Virus record (IMG/VR): IMGVR_UViG_3300017747_002969
Location: 1 to 40,249 of that record
From: a virus
Lineage: Duplodnaviria > Caudoviricetes
Reading direction: 5' to 3' (one strand)
Length of the DNA: 40,249 nt
The notes under the pieces are model-generated. The model searched no databases. It was not told the origin of the DNA and saw only the letters and a list, made by a program, of their open reading frames with translations. Position numbers and translations under genes: made by a program. Below, in pieces: positions 32,261 to 40,249 of this stretch (position 1 is the first letter of the stretch; the number at the start of each line of letters is the position of its first letter).

Positions 32261-33289
32261 GTGAGCTTCCCTAATCCTGCTATTGGCGACCTCGTCGCCA
32301 CCACCATCGAGAACTACTCCAAGGAGGCGGCAGATGCCGTCACCCGTAACAACGGACTCCTGAACCGCCTCAAGAAGCGGGGCAACAACCGCGCCTACGT
32401 CCCGATCGACGGCGGCACGGCCATCCTCCAGGAGATCCAGTACGCCCAGAACTCCACTTCGATGTGGTATTCGGGCTACGAGCAGATCAACATCTCCCCG
32501 AGCCAGATTTTCACGGCGGCTCAGTACCCGATCCGGCAGGCTGCGGTTGCGGTCACCTTCTCGGGTCTTGAGGAGCTGATGAACGCTGGCGAAGAGCGTA
32601 TGATCGAACTCGTCGCCGGTCGCGTCGAGAACGCCGCCAACACGCTTCAGTCGCTCATTGCCGTTGGCATCTACAGCGACGGCACCACGGCCAAGTCGAT
32701 CACGGGCCTCCAGGCCCTTGTCTCGACCTCCCCGTCGTCCGGCACGATCGGTGGCATCCCCGCTACTACGTGGGAGTTCTGGCGCAACATCGCCTATTCC
32801 GCTGTCACCAACGGCGGCGCGGCGGCGACGGCGGCCAACATCAACCGCTACATGGATGCGGTCTACGCCCAGCTCGTCCGTGGTTCGGACAAGCCGGACC
32901 TGTGGGTCGCCGACAATAACTACTGGATGCTCTACAAGCAGTCGATGCAGCCGATGCAGATCACCGAGTCCTCGGAGATGGCTCAGGCGGGCTTCCAGAA
33001 CATCATGTACATGGGCTCGCCGGTCATCATGGACGGCGGCTTCCAGGGCTATGGCACCTACGGCGATGCCAACGCTTCGGACTACATGCCCGATGGCGGC
33101 GTTCCGGCCAATACCATGTACGCACTCAACACCAAGTACCTTCACTATCGTCCGCACCGCGACCGGAACTTTGTCCCGATCCGCGGCGACCGCTGGTCGG
33201 TCAATCAGGACGCAACCGTTCGCCTCACTGGTTGGGCCGGTGCTCTGACTACGAGCAACCGTCGCTTCCAGGGCGTCCTCTCGGCCTAG
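32261..33289 (+). CDS. Major capsid protein (podovirus type)
   Basis: DLVATTIENYSKEAADAVTRNNGLL..LKKRG, GG..I...I.YA.N, YSGYE, SVNQDA..R...WAGALT.SN; AAAGGGG SD. Confidence 0.92.
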   Translation: MSFPNPAIGDLVATTIENYSKEAADAVTRNNGLLNRLKKRGNNRAYVPIDGGTAILQEIQYAQNSTSMWYSGYEQINISPSQIFTAAQYPIRQAAVAVTFSGLEELMNAGEERMIELVAGRVENAANTLQSLIAVGIYSDGTTAKSITGLQALVSTSPSSGTIGGIPATTWEFWRNIAYSAVTNGGAAATAANINRYMDAVYAQLVRGSDKPDLWVADNNYWMLYKQSMQPMQITESSEMAQAGFQNIMYMGSPVIMDGGFQGYGTYGDANASDYMPDGGVPANTMYALNTKYLHYRPHRDRNFVPIRGDRWSVNQDATVRLTGWAGALTTSNRRFQGVLSA

Positions 33290-33301
33290 GAGACCACCAA
33301 C

Positions 33302-33844
33302 ATGCCCACTTCCAAGTATGCGATCTCGGGCGCCCTTGGCGTTCCGCTCGGCGCTGTCTTCACTCCCGACAGCGCGTCCGTCACTTACGTCAACGGCCTC
33401 TACCCGAACCTCGCCCTCGGCACGCAGGTGACCGCGACGGATGGCTCGACGTGGATACAGGTCCTGATGGATACGGGCGGCATTACCGGCGACGGTTATG
33501 TCTGCACGTATGACCGGGACTTCCTGGCCATCATGCTCTCGACGTCCACGGACCTCTACGGCAAGTCGGTCGGCGTCCCTAACTGCGGTGCTGCCGCAGC
33601 CGGTGACTATGTCTGGCTCCAGATCATGGGCGAAGTCGAAGATGTGCAGGTTGCCGCTTCGGCTGACCCGAACGTCGATCTCGTGGCCACGGCTACGGCG
33701 GGCGAACTGGACGACGACGTTACGACCGGCCTCTTCGTGAAGGGCCTCGTCCTTACCACCGCTCGCGGCGGCACTGCGGGCGTTGCGCCGGGCTACGCTG
33801 CCCAGCCGATGGTCATCGACACGCTGTACGAGCCGGAGACGTAG
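33302..33844 (+). CDS. Capsid decoration/cement-like protein
   Basis: Directly after the MCP with a strong AGGAG SD; LGTQV...DG..W..V, A.GDYVWLQ..G. Confidence 0.6.
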   Translation: MPTSKYAISGALGVPLGAVFTPDSASVTYVNGLYPNLALGTQVTATDGSTWIQVLMDTGGITGDGYVCTYDRDFLAIMLSTSTDLYGKSVGVPNCGAAAAGDYVWLQIMGEVEDVQVAASADPNVDLVATATAGELDDDVTTGLFVKGLVLTTARGGTAGVAPGYAAQPMVIDTLYEPET

Positions 33845-33847
33845 CCC

Positions 33848-34501
33848 ATGCCTCTGGCCGGTATCTCCTCAGTCGATCCGAACACCGGGATCGCGACCTA
33901 CGGGTCGAACACGGTGTTCCCTCGGTTCTACACCGACAAGAAGCTCAACACGTCGAAGGTGGATCGCACCAAGCCGTGGGTGAAGCAGCATCGCGACGAT
34001 ATCCCCCCCGGAGCCTTCTGGGAGGTCTGCCACATGGTTCAGGTCAACATTCCGGGCGAGATCGACTCGATGGCCTACGAGGCCAACGAAATCTACCAGC
34101 GCCGCTGGCCCAAGGACTGGGAGGCGTACAAGAACGGCATGGATATGGCCGTCTCCGGTACGCCCCTCCACGTCCTGTTCCCGGACAGCCCTGAAGTGAT
34201 TGCGGAGCTTGCCCGCATTCGCACCCACACGGTCGAACAGCTTGCCGCCCTGTCGGATACGGGTATCGGCCACATCCCTCGTGGCCTCACCCTCCGCAAC
34301 ACGGCTCAGGCGTTCGTCCAGGCCAAGTCGGGCGTTAACCCCGAAGTGGACGCGCTCAAGGCCCAGAACGAAGCCCTTGCGGCTCGTCTGGCCGCTCTCG
34401 AGGCCGCCTCGGTGGTTCCGGTGAAGCGTGGTCCGGGCCGACCCCCGAAGGTCCAGCAGGCGGCTGAGCCGCAGGAGGTGCCTCTTGGCATTGCAGTCTG
34501 A
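33848..34501 (+). CDS. Head-module hypothetical protein with C-terminal KRGPGRPPK (AT-hook-like) motif
   Basis: RWPKDWEAYK, GTPL..L, HTVEQLAALSD, coiled coil, basic tail. Confidence 0.65.
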   Translation: MPLAGISSVDPNTGIATYGSNTVFPRFYTDKKLNTSKVDRTKPWVKQHRDDIPPGAFWEVCHMVQVNIPGEIDSMAYEANEIYQRRWPKDWEAYKNGMDMAVSGTPLHVLFPDSPEVIAELARIRTHTVEQLAALSDTGIGHIPRGLTLRNTAQAFVQAKSGVNPEVDALKAQNEALAARLAALEAASVVPVKRGPGRPPKVQQAAEPQEVPLGIAV

Positions 34502-35999
34502 TCTAGTCGGCGCTCACCTCTACCCCGGTCAGGCGGACCTGCTCGGCTACGTCATCGAGACGACAGCCGGTGCAGGAACGACCCAGGGTGCGGGTACGGT
34601 GATCGGCCCTGAACTCCTCATGACCCGCGCGACGACGACCGGGGGCGCTACGGCGTTCACCCTGTCGGCTTCCATGCCGCTTGCTGCCCCGTACTACTTC
34701 ACCAACACCTCGGCAACGGCAGCGCTCCTGTTCCCGCCCACGGGCGGGGCCATCAACGGCGGCTCGACCAATGCATCGGTTTCTGTTCCGCAGAACCTGA
34801 CGCTGACGATCATCCGCCAGTCCGCGACGGCCTTCGTGGTCACGCTGTCGGACGGCTCGCTATCATCCCTGACCGTTTCGGGGCTGACCCAGACCAACAC
34901 CCTGTCGGTTGTCTCGACCTCGACCTTCGCGGGCGATGCGACCATGACCGGGATCGTCGGCTCTGACTCCTCGATGGGCGTCACTGGCCTTGCTTCGACG
35001 CAGGGCGGCGCTGTTGCCCTCGTCGGTGGTGCTTCATCGACCTCGGCCAATGCCGGTGGTGCGGTGACAGCTGTGGGTGGCGCTGGTGGCGCTACAGGCG
35101 TCGGCGGTGCCGTTACCCTCACGGGTGCAGCCGGTGGCGCTACTTCGGGCGCTGGCGGTGCTGTAACGGCCACGGGCGGCGCTGGTACGGCAGGCAATGC
35201 CGCTGGCGGCGCTGTCTCTGGGATCGGCGGTGCCGGTCAGGGCTCGGCGGCTGGTGGTGCGGTCATCCACACGGGCGGCGTCGGTGGCGCCACTGGTGCG
35301 GGCGGCGCGGTTACGGCGACGGGTGGTGCCGGTGGTGCTACCTCTGGCGTCGGTGGGGCTGTATCGCTGGTCGGCGGCGCTGGTGCTGCCGGCAACTCGG
35401 CGGGTGGCGCTGCTGCCCTTACGGGCGGCGCTGGACAGGGTACGGCCTCGGGCGGTGCTCTGACTGCCACGGCGGGCGCTTCCGGCGCAGGTGCGACTGG
35501 TACGGGCGGCGTTGTCACCATCTCGGGCGGGGCCTCGCTGGCCACGAACGGTAATGGTGGCTCGGTCATCCTCAACGGTGGCGCTTTGGCCGGTACGGGC
35601 AAGAAGGGCGCCGTTATCAATCGCGGCACCGTCACGGCCAACCCGCAGGGCGCTCCGACTGCCAAGACCACCACTTCCGCCATCACGGCGGCCGAACTGG
35701 TCACTGGCATCATCACGACCACGGGTGCCACGGCTCCCAGCGTCCATCAGCTCCCGACCGGCACGCTCCTCCTCGCCGAACTGCCAAACTTCGCGGCCGG
35801 TGATAGCTTCGACTTCTCGATCATCAACACCGGCACGGGCGCCTCGGACGACGCCACGATCACCGTCAACACCGATGTTACGATCGTTGGTTCTCCGACC
35901 GTTGGCTCTCTGACGGATGCGACGATCATTGCAGGCTCGGGACGCTTCCGGGCCAGATACACAGGTGGGGTCACCTGGATCGTCTACCGGCTGTCCTAG
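34485..35999 (+). CDS. Glycine-rich repeat virion fibre/decoration protein
   Basis: Start re-called to TTG 34485 (GGAGG at 34474-34478); about 12 tandem 16-18 aa GGAVxxxGGAG repeats. Confidence 0.75.
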   Translation: MALQSDLVGAHLYPGQADLLGYVIETTAGAGTTQGAGTVIGPELLMTRATTTGGATAFTLSASMPLAAPYYFTNTSATAALLFPPTGGAINGGSTNASVSVPQNLTLTIIRQSATAFVVTLSDGSLSSLTVSGLTQTNTLSVVSTSTFAGDATMTGIVGSDSSMGVTGLASTQGGAVALVGGASSTSANAGGAVTAVGGAGGATGVGGAVTLTGAAGGATSGAGGAVTATGGAGTAGNAAGGAVSGIGGAGQGSAAGGAVIHTGGVGGATGAGGAVTATGGAGGATSGVGGAVSLVGGAGAAGNSAGGAAALTGGAGQGTASGGALTATAGASGAGATGTGGVVTISGGASLATNGNGGSVILNGGALAGTGKKGAVINRGTVTANPQGAPTAKTTTSAITAAELVTGIITTTGATAPSVHQLPTGTLLLAELPNFAAGDSFDFSIINTGTGASDDATITVNTDVTIVGSPTVGSLTDATIIAGSGRFRARYTGGVTWIVYRLS

Positions 36000-36002
36000 C
36001 CG

Positions 36003-36917
36003 GTGGCGCTCTTTGACGCCCTTACCGCGAGGAGTATGAGCCAGAAACAGGCTCAGCTCCTTGCAAGCGCAATCGGTGGCGGAGGCTTGCCCTCCGTCAT
36101 CGGCGCGGACAACACCCTGCTGACTTCCACTGGCGCCGTAGCGCAGTGGGAAACCCTCTCCTCCCTCATTGACGCTGTCTTTGGCTCTACGCGGGGCATG
36201 ATGCTTCGTCGAGGCGCTTCCGCATGGGAAGCCTTCGCCAAGGGCACGCAGTACCAGGCTCTTACGGGTGGGGCGACCGACCCGACATGGGCGGCGATCG
36301 ACGTATCCCAAGCCTCTGCCATCACCGGGACGCTCGGGATCGGCAATGGTGGCACGGGCCAGACGACGGCCAATCCTGCATTCAATGCCCTTGCTCCCAC
36401 CACGACACGGGGCGACCTCATTCGCAGAGGGGCTTCTGTCAACGAGCGCGTGGCTCTGGGGGCTACGGGAACCATTCTGGGCTCCGATGGTACGGACCCG
36501 ATCTGGCGGACGCTGACGGCCATCCTTGACGCGGTGATAGGCTCGTCGCAGGGAACGATCATCAAGCGCGGGGCCTCGTCGTGGGAGGCGCTGGCCAAGG
36601 GCACGAGCACCTACGTCCTGACGGCGGGAGCCTCGGACATCTCATGGGCAGCACCTGCTTCATCAGGGCAGCCGATCCCGACAAGTTCGTCATATGCCGT
36701 TGGGTCGCTCGTGTTCATGTACTATTCCAGCGTGACTGCCGTTACTAACGGGTCAACGGCCGGTGGAGGCAACCTTGAGCCAGCAGTCGGAACGGCAGCC
36801 GCGGACATCCTCGCCGGAAGCGCTGCGACCCAAAGCGGGACGTGGCTGAACGTATCCGGCCAGACGCAGGATAACAACGGCACCTATCGCTACGGCTACT
36901 GGGTGAGGACGGTATGA
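36003..36917 (+). CDS. Fibre-like virion protein
   Basis: Internal repeats of G...RRGAS.WEA.AKGT; GTLGIGNGGTG motif; C-terminal domain paralogous to that of 7224-8258. Confidence 0.65.
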   Translation: MALFDALTARSMSQKQAQLLASAIGGGGLPSVIGADNTLLTSTGAVAQWETLSSLIDAVFGSTRGMMLRRGASAWEAFAKGTQYQALTGGATDPTWAAIDVSQASAITGTLGIGNGGTGQTTANPAFNALAPTTTRGDLIRRGASVNERVALGATGTILGSDGTDPIWRTLTAILDAVIGSSQGTIIKRGASSWEALAKGTSTYVLTAGASDISWAAPASSGQPIPTSSSYAVGSLVFMYYSSVTAVTNGSTAGGGNLEPAVGTAAADILAGSAATQSGTWLNVSGQTQDNNGTYRYGYWVRTV

Positions 36918-37171
36918 TCCGGGTTCGGAACATCGTGGCCCGCAAGGATGGGATGACCGACTGCGAGGTCGAGCACCCCGTCTATGGCTGGGTTCCGTTC
37001 ACAGCATCTCCTCATGATGTCGAGTCCCACGGGCGCGAGATTTTTGCTGCCATCGATGCCGCGAAGGGCGCAGATATGGTAGAGGTAGAGGCGGAGTTCG
37101 CGAAGCCGGTATCGGCCCAACTGGCCGAGCTGCGGACTGAGTTGGCGGCGCTCAAGGAGGCAAGAAAGTGA
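36914..37171 (+). CDS. Tail-fibre assembly chaperone-like protein
   Basis: DCEVEHPVYGWVPFTASPHDVESHGREIF matches the N-terminus of Tfa-like proteins; ATGA-coupled to the fibre gene. Confidence 0.65.
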   Translation: MIRVRNIVARKDGMTDCEVEHPVYGWVPFTASPHDVESHGREIFAAIDAAKGADMVEVEAEFAKPVSAQLAELRTELAALKEARK

Positions 37172-38151
37172 CGACTGCCCTCGCCATTGCCAACGCCGCC
37201 GTCGCCGAGTTGGGCCTTCCTGATCTGGCTACGCTGTATGGGGCGACCGCCAACGCCACTGAGCGCCAGATGGGCGCTCTCCTCAATCGCGTCTGCAAGG
37301 AACTTAACGCCGAGTACGAATGGACCCGCACGATGCGGGAACAGACGTTCTACCTCGAGGAGCCGTTCACCCTCACGGGCGATGTCGTGGCTGGCTCCCG
37401 CGTCGTCACCAACATGAGTTCCACGTCCGAGTTCATCACGGCGGGGGCTTCGGCCTTTTCGGTCCAGAACGCCGATGGGACGACGGACAACATCAACCAG
37501 GCAACCCGCGTCGATACGCGGGACAGCACGACCCAGATCACGCTCAATCAGGCCGCCATCGCATCCGGGACCGCGGTAGAGCTGGAATTCGTCAGGGACA
37601 CCTACGAACTCAATTCGGCCATGTCCCGGTACATCTCGGATACGTGGTGGGACCGCTCCAACCACTGGCGGCTGATCGGTCCTATCTCCCCGCAGACGGA
37701 TGAGTTCCTCCGCTCGGGCATCGTCCAGACCGGCCCTCGTCGCCGCTGGCGGCAGTTGGGCAACGGCACGAGCACATGGCAGATTTGGCCGCCGCCGTTC
37801 ACCTCGGGCCAGACGCCGGCCCTTCTCGCATTCGAGTTCATCACCCTCGCATGGGCCACGGACCTCTCCGGGACGGCCATCGAGACGATGACGGCCGATA
37901 CCGATGTTCCGGTATTCCCGGAGCACGTCCTCGTGCTGGGGCTCAAGGCTGCCTTCTGGCGCGTGAAGGGCTTCGACTGGCAGCCGATGTATGCCGACTA
38001 CGTCGAAGCCGCGCGTCGGGCTGCATCGCAGGATGGCTCCAAGGCAACCCTTCAGATCGGGGACACGAGAGGCCGCATTGATGGCCTGCTGAACACCTTC
38101 AACGTCCCGGACGGCAACTTCCCGGGGCCCGGCTTTGGCGGGACGCCCTAG
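37168..38151 (+). CDS. Head-to-tail adaptor (P22 gp4/tail tubular A-like)
   Basis: TALAIANAAVAELGL, LLNRVCKEL...EW, TWWDRSNHW.L.GP.SPQ, D.D.P.FPE.VL.LG; lies upstream of the nozzle. Confidence 0.75.
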   Translation: MTTALAIANAAVAELGLPDLATLYGATANATERQMGALLNRVCKELNAEYEWTRTMREQTFYLEEPFTLTGDVVAGSRVVTNMSSTSEFITAGASAFSVQNADGTTDNINQATRVDTRDSTTQITLNQAAIASGTAVELEFVRDTYELNSAMSRYISDTWWDRSNHWRLIGPISPQTDEFLRSGIVQTGPRRRWRQLGNGTSTWQIWPPPFTSGQTPALLAFEFITLAWATDLSGTAIETMTADTDVPVFPEHVLVLGLKAAFWRVKGFDWQPMYADYVEAARRAASQDGSKATLQIGDTRGRIDGLLNTFNVPDGNFPGPGFGGTP

Positions 38152-38154
38152 CCC

Positions 38155-40164
38155 ATGCTGATGAACGTCGGCAGGGGATCGCGGGGACGGGGCATGTCGG
38201 TTGGCGTTCGCGCCGTCCCAGTGCCCACCTCGGGGTGGGACGCGATGTCGCCGCTCTCTGCGATGGACCCGTCCTTTGCCGTCACCCTCGAAAACTGGTT
38301 CCCGCAGCCGGGATGGGTAGAGCTTCGCAAGGGCTTCTCCCTGCACTCGTCCGTTGATGGCCCCACGGTCACGGACGCCGTTGAAACCCTGATGACGTGG
38401 CAGGGACCGACGACGGCTCAGGTGTCGATGTTCGCCGGGATGGGGACAAGCATCTGGGATGTCACCGACGAGGCGCAGGGCGTCGAGGATACCGATGTTG
38501 GGCCGTTCACGAACGTCCGCTTCCAGTTCACCAACTTCACGACGACGGGCGGCAACTTCCTGTGGGCCTGCAATGGCGCAGAGGTGCCGGTCTACTACAA
38601 CGGCACGATATGGGCCGACACCACCATCACGGGGGTAACGCCTGAGGATATCGCGGATGTCTGTCCGCATCGCAACCGGCTCTGGCTCGTCATCAAGGAC
38701 AGCATGACGGCGGCCTATCTCCCGCTTGATAGCATCCAGGGTGCGGCTGTGGCGTTCGAGGTCGGCGGCCTGTTCTCTCAGGGCGGCTACCTTCAGTCGA
38801 TCGGGACGTGGTCGCGTGACGGCGGTGAGGGGCCAGACGACTATCTAGCGTTCGTCTCATCGCGCGGCCAGGTGGCGGTCTATTCCATGTCCGATCCGAC
38901 CGACCCGGATGGCTTTTACGTCGTGGGCGTCTATTCGATCGGGACCCCTATCGGCCGCCGCTGCCTTGAGCAGATCGGGCCGGACCTTGCCGTCATCACG
39001 AACGAGGGCGTGCAGTCCCTCGGCTCGGTCATTTCCCTAGACAGAGCCGCTCAGGATCGGGGGACCATTACCGCACGGGTGCAGCCGGCCATCAATGCCG
39101 CATCGAGGATCACGGGAAACGATTTCGGCTGGCAGATCATCAGCTACCCGAAGTCCACCATGTTCATCCTCAACGTCCCCACGGGAACGGGGGTATTTCA
39201 GCAGTACGTGATGAACACCCTCACGGGGGCATGGTGCCGCTTTACCGGCCAGAACGGCTACTGTTGGGCGCTGATGGATAACAACCTGTATTTCGGCGGG
39301 GACGGGCTGGTCCTCAAGGCCGACGATGCAGGCGGCGATTTCGGAGGAGTGGAGTTCACTGCCACCCTGCGGACGGCGTTCTCCTACTATGGCGATCGTG
39401 GTCGCAAGAAGCGCTGGCCGATGGTGCAGCCGATCATCGACACCAATGCTGTCGTGATCCCCTCGATTGGCATGGACGTGGACTTCCGCATTCAGCAGCA
39501 GGAAACGGACCCTATCCCGGTCGATCCTGTCTCGGGCGCTCTGTGGGATGTTGCTGTCTGGGACGATGCCATCTGGGGCGGGGAAAGCATTATCTTCGAC
39601 GAGTGGCTGTCCGTGGAGGCCATCGGCTACGCCGCAGCCGTGCACATGCTGGTAGCCGTAGCGGGCCAGCCCCTTGGGCAGCAGTTGGTCACGAACAACG
39701 AGTTCACGGCATGGACGGGCGGCGACCCTGACGGCTGGACGGAGACGGGCGAAAGCGGCGGCAACTCCATTACCGACGATACGCCGGGCGCTCTGTTCGT
39801 CTCGGCAGATGGGGCGCTCCTGAGCCTTGAGCAGACCGTCGCCACGATGACGGCGGGGACGCTCTACTACATCCAGGTTACCTGCACGAGCATACCCACG
39901 GGCGGCTTCCAGTTCGGCACCAAGGCAGATGTGGGGGACTCGGTCACGACCACGGGGACCCATTCCCGGCAAGTCCTTGCTACCGCAGGGGACGGGCTCA
40001 AGGTCTATATCCGCAACACGACATCGACCATCTCGACCTTCACCATCACGCGGGTGACGGTGCGGGAGATGTTCCGGGACGTGGACAACCCCTCGAACGA
40101 CACCGAAATCGAACTCCGCCTCAATGCGATCAACGTGACCGCCGAAACGGGAGCGATCGTCTAG
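38155..40164 (+). CDS. Tail nozzle/packaged DNA stabilization protein (P22 gp10-like)
   Basis: PVPTSGWD..SPLSAM, LENWFP, HRNRLW, GTWSRDGG.G.DD, QYVMNT.TGAWC.F.G, WDVAVWD; beta-propeller-like composition. Confidence 0.82.
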   Translation: MLMNVGRGSRGRGMSVGVRAVPVPTSGWDAMSPLSAMDPSFAVTLENWFPQPGWVELRKGFSLHSSVDGPTVTDAVETLMTWQGPTTAQVSMFAGMGTSIWDVTDEAQGVEDTDVGPFTNVRFQFTNFTTTGGNFLWACNGAEVPVYYNGTIWADTTITGVTPEDIADVCPHRNRLWLVIKDSMTAAYLPLDSIQGAAVAFEVGGLFSQGGYLQSIGTWSRDGGEGPDDYLAFVSSRGQVAVYSMSDPTDPDGFYVVGVYSIGTPIGRRCLEQIGPDLAVITNEGVQSLGSVISLDRAAQDRGTITARVQPAINAASRITGNDFGWQIISYPKSTMFILNVPTGTGVFQQYVMNTLTGAWCRFTGQNGYCWALMDNNLYFGGDGLVLKADDAGGDFGGVEFTATLRTAFSYYGDRGRKKRWPMVQPIIDTNAVVIPSIGMDVDFRIQQQETDPIPVDPVSGALWDVAVWDDAIWGGESIIFDEWLSVEAIGYAAAVHMLVAVAGQPLGQQLVTNNEFTAWTGGDPDGWTETGESGGNSITDDTPGALFVSADGALLSLEQTVATMTAGTLYYIQVTCTSIPTGGFQFGTKADVGDSVTTTGTHSRQVLATAGDGLKVYIRNTTSTISTFTITRVTVREMFRDVDNPSNDTEIELRLNAINVTAETGAIV

Positions 40165-40249
40165 TGCGTATCCTGATCGGAGCCGACCAGAGGGTTGCCG
40201 ACTTCGTGGCTCACGCTACGGGGGACCTTATGACGAGCCCCTTCCGCAC
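40127..40249. repeat. Terminal direct repeat, copy 2 (circular assembly overlap)
   Basis: Identical to 1-123. Confidence 0.97.

Noticed and set aside
35004-35630. CRISPR array or DNA-level tandem repeat
   Set aside because: The periodicity is at the protein level with degenerate codons; there are no identical repeats with unique spacers.
37012-38670. Long minus-strand ORFs in the late region (for example 37012-38670, 35034-36311, 32120-33157, 29547-30590, 24469-25545)
   Set aside because: Antisense shadows of well-supported plus-strand genes in GC-rich DNA, with no motifs or SDs.
1-40249. Genome-wide stop-codon reassignment (TAG recoding)
   Set aside because: Conserved genes are intact in code 11 with high coding density, TAG falls at expected protein ends, and no suppressor tRNA was seen.

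Overview
The window is an apparently complete, circularly closed genome of a GC-rich, short-tailed (podovirus-type) dsDNA phage. Bases 1-123 are repeated exactly at 40127-40249, so the unit length is 40,126 bp. A GcrA homologue points to an alphaproteobacterial host. Layout: (1) plus-strand late module from about 22865 through the circle junction to about 8258: putative TerS, TerL, lectin-like virion protein, portal, scaffold, major capsid, decoration and fibre proteins, adaptor, P22 gp10-like nozzle, GNAT, internal/ejection proteins (S74 chaperone, lysozyme, LysM), an HNH-AP2 endonuclease and a fibre. (2) Exported-protein, lysis and membrane-protein region at 8336-12483, with a GH108 endolysin. 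(3) Minus-strand early operon at 19259-12072: Gam/Gp157-like, SSB-like, NinB, HNH, a DpdA/TGT-like 7-deazaguanine insertase with a VUT/YhhQ preQ0 transporter, and PadR. (4) Plus-strand regulation/replication block at 19384-22858: Cro-like HTH, VRR-NUC, GcrA, DnaA C-terminal HTH, a C5 methyltransferase with an overprinted beta subunit, initiator and loader. I found no integrase, CI-like repressor, DNA polymerase, tRNA or CRISPR array. Best leads: the salvage-type DpdA+VUT DNA-modification module; a three-gene cassette (membrane peptide, helical protein ending GGGGKKWP, polytopic membrane protein) that may be a peptide processing or signalling system; a predicted SD-sequestering pseudoknot ahead of the replication initiator; the dual-frame methyltransferase; a cuckoo-like anti-SD sRNA; and several unannotated mini membrane ORFs. 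All product calls come from motif recognition by eye; no database searches were run.
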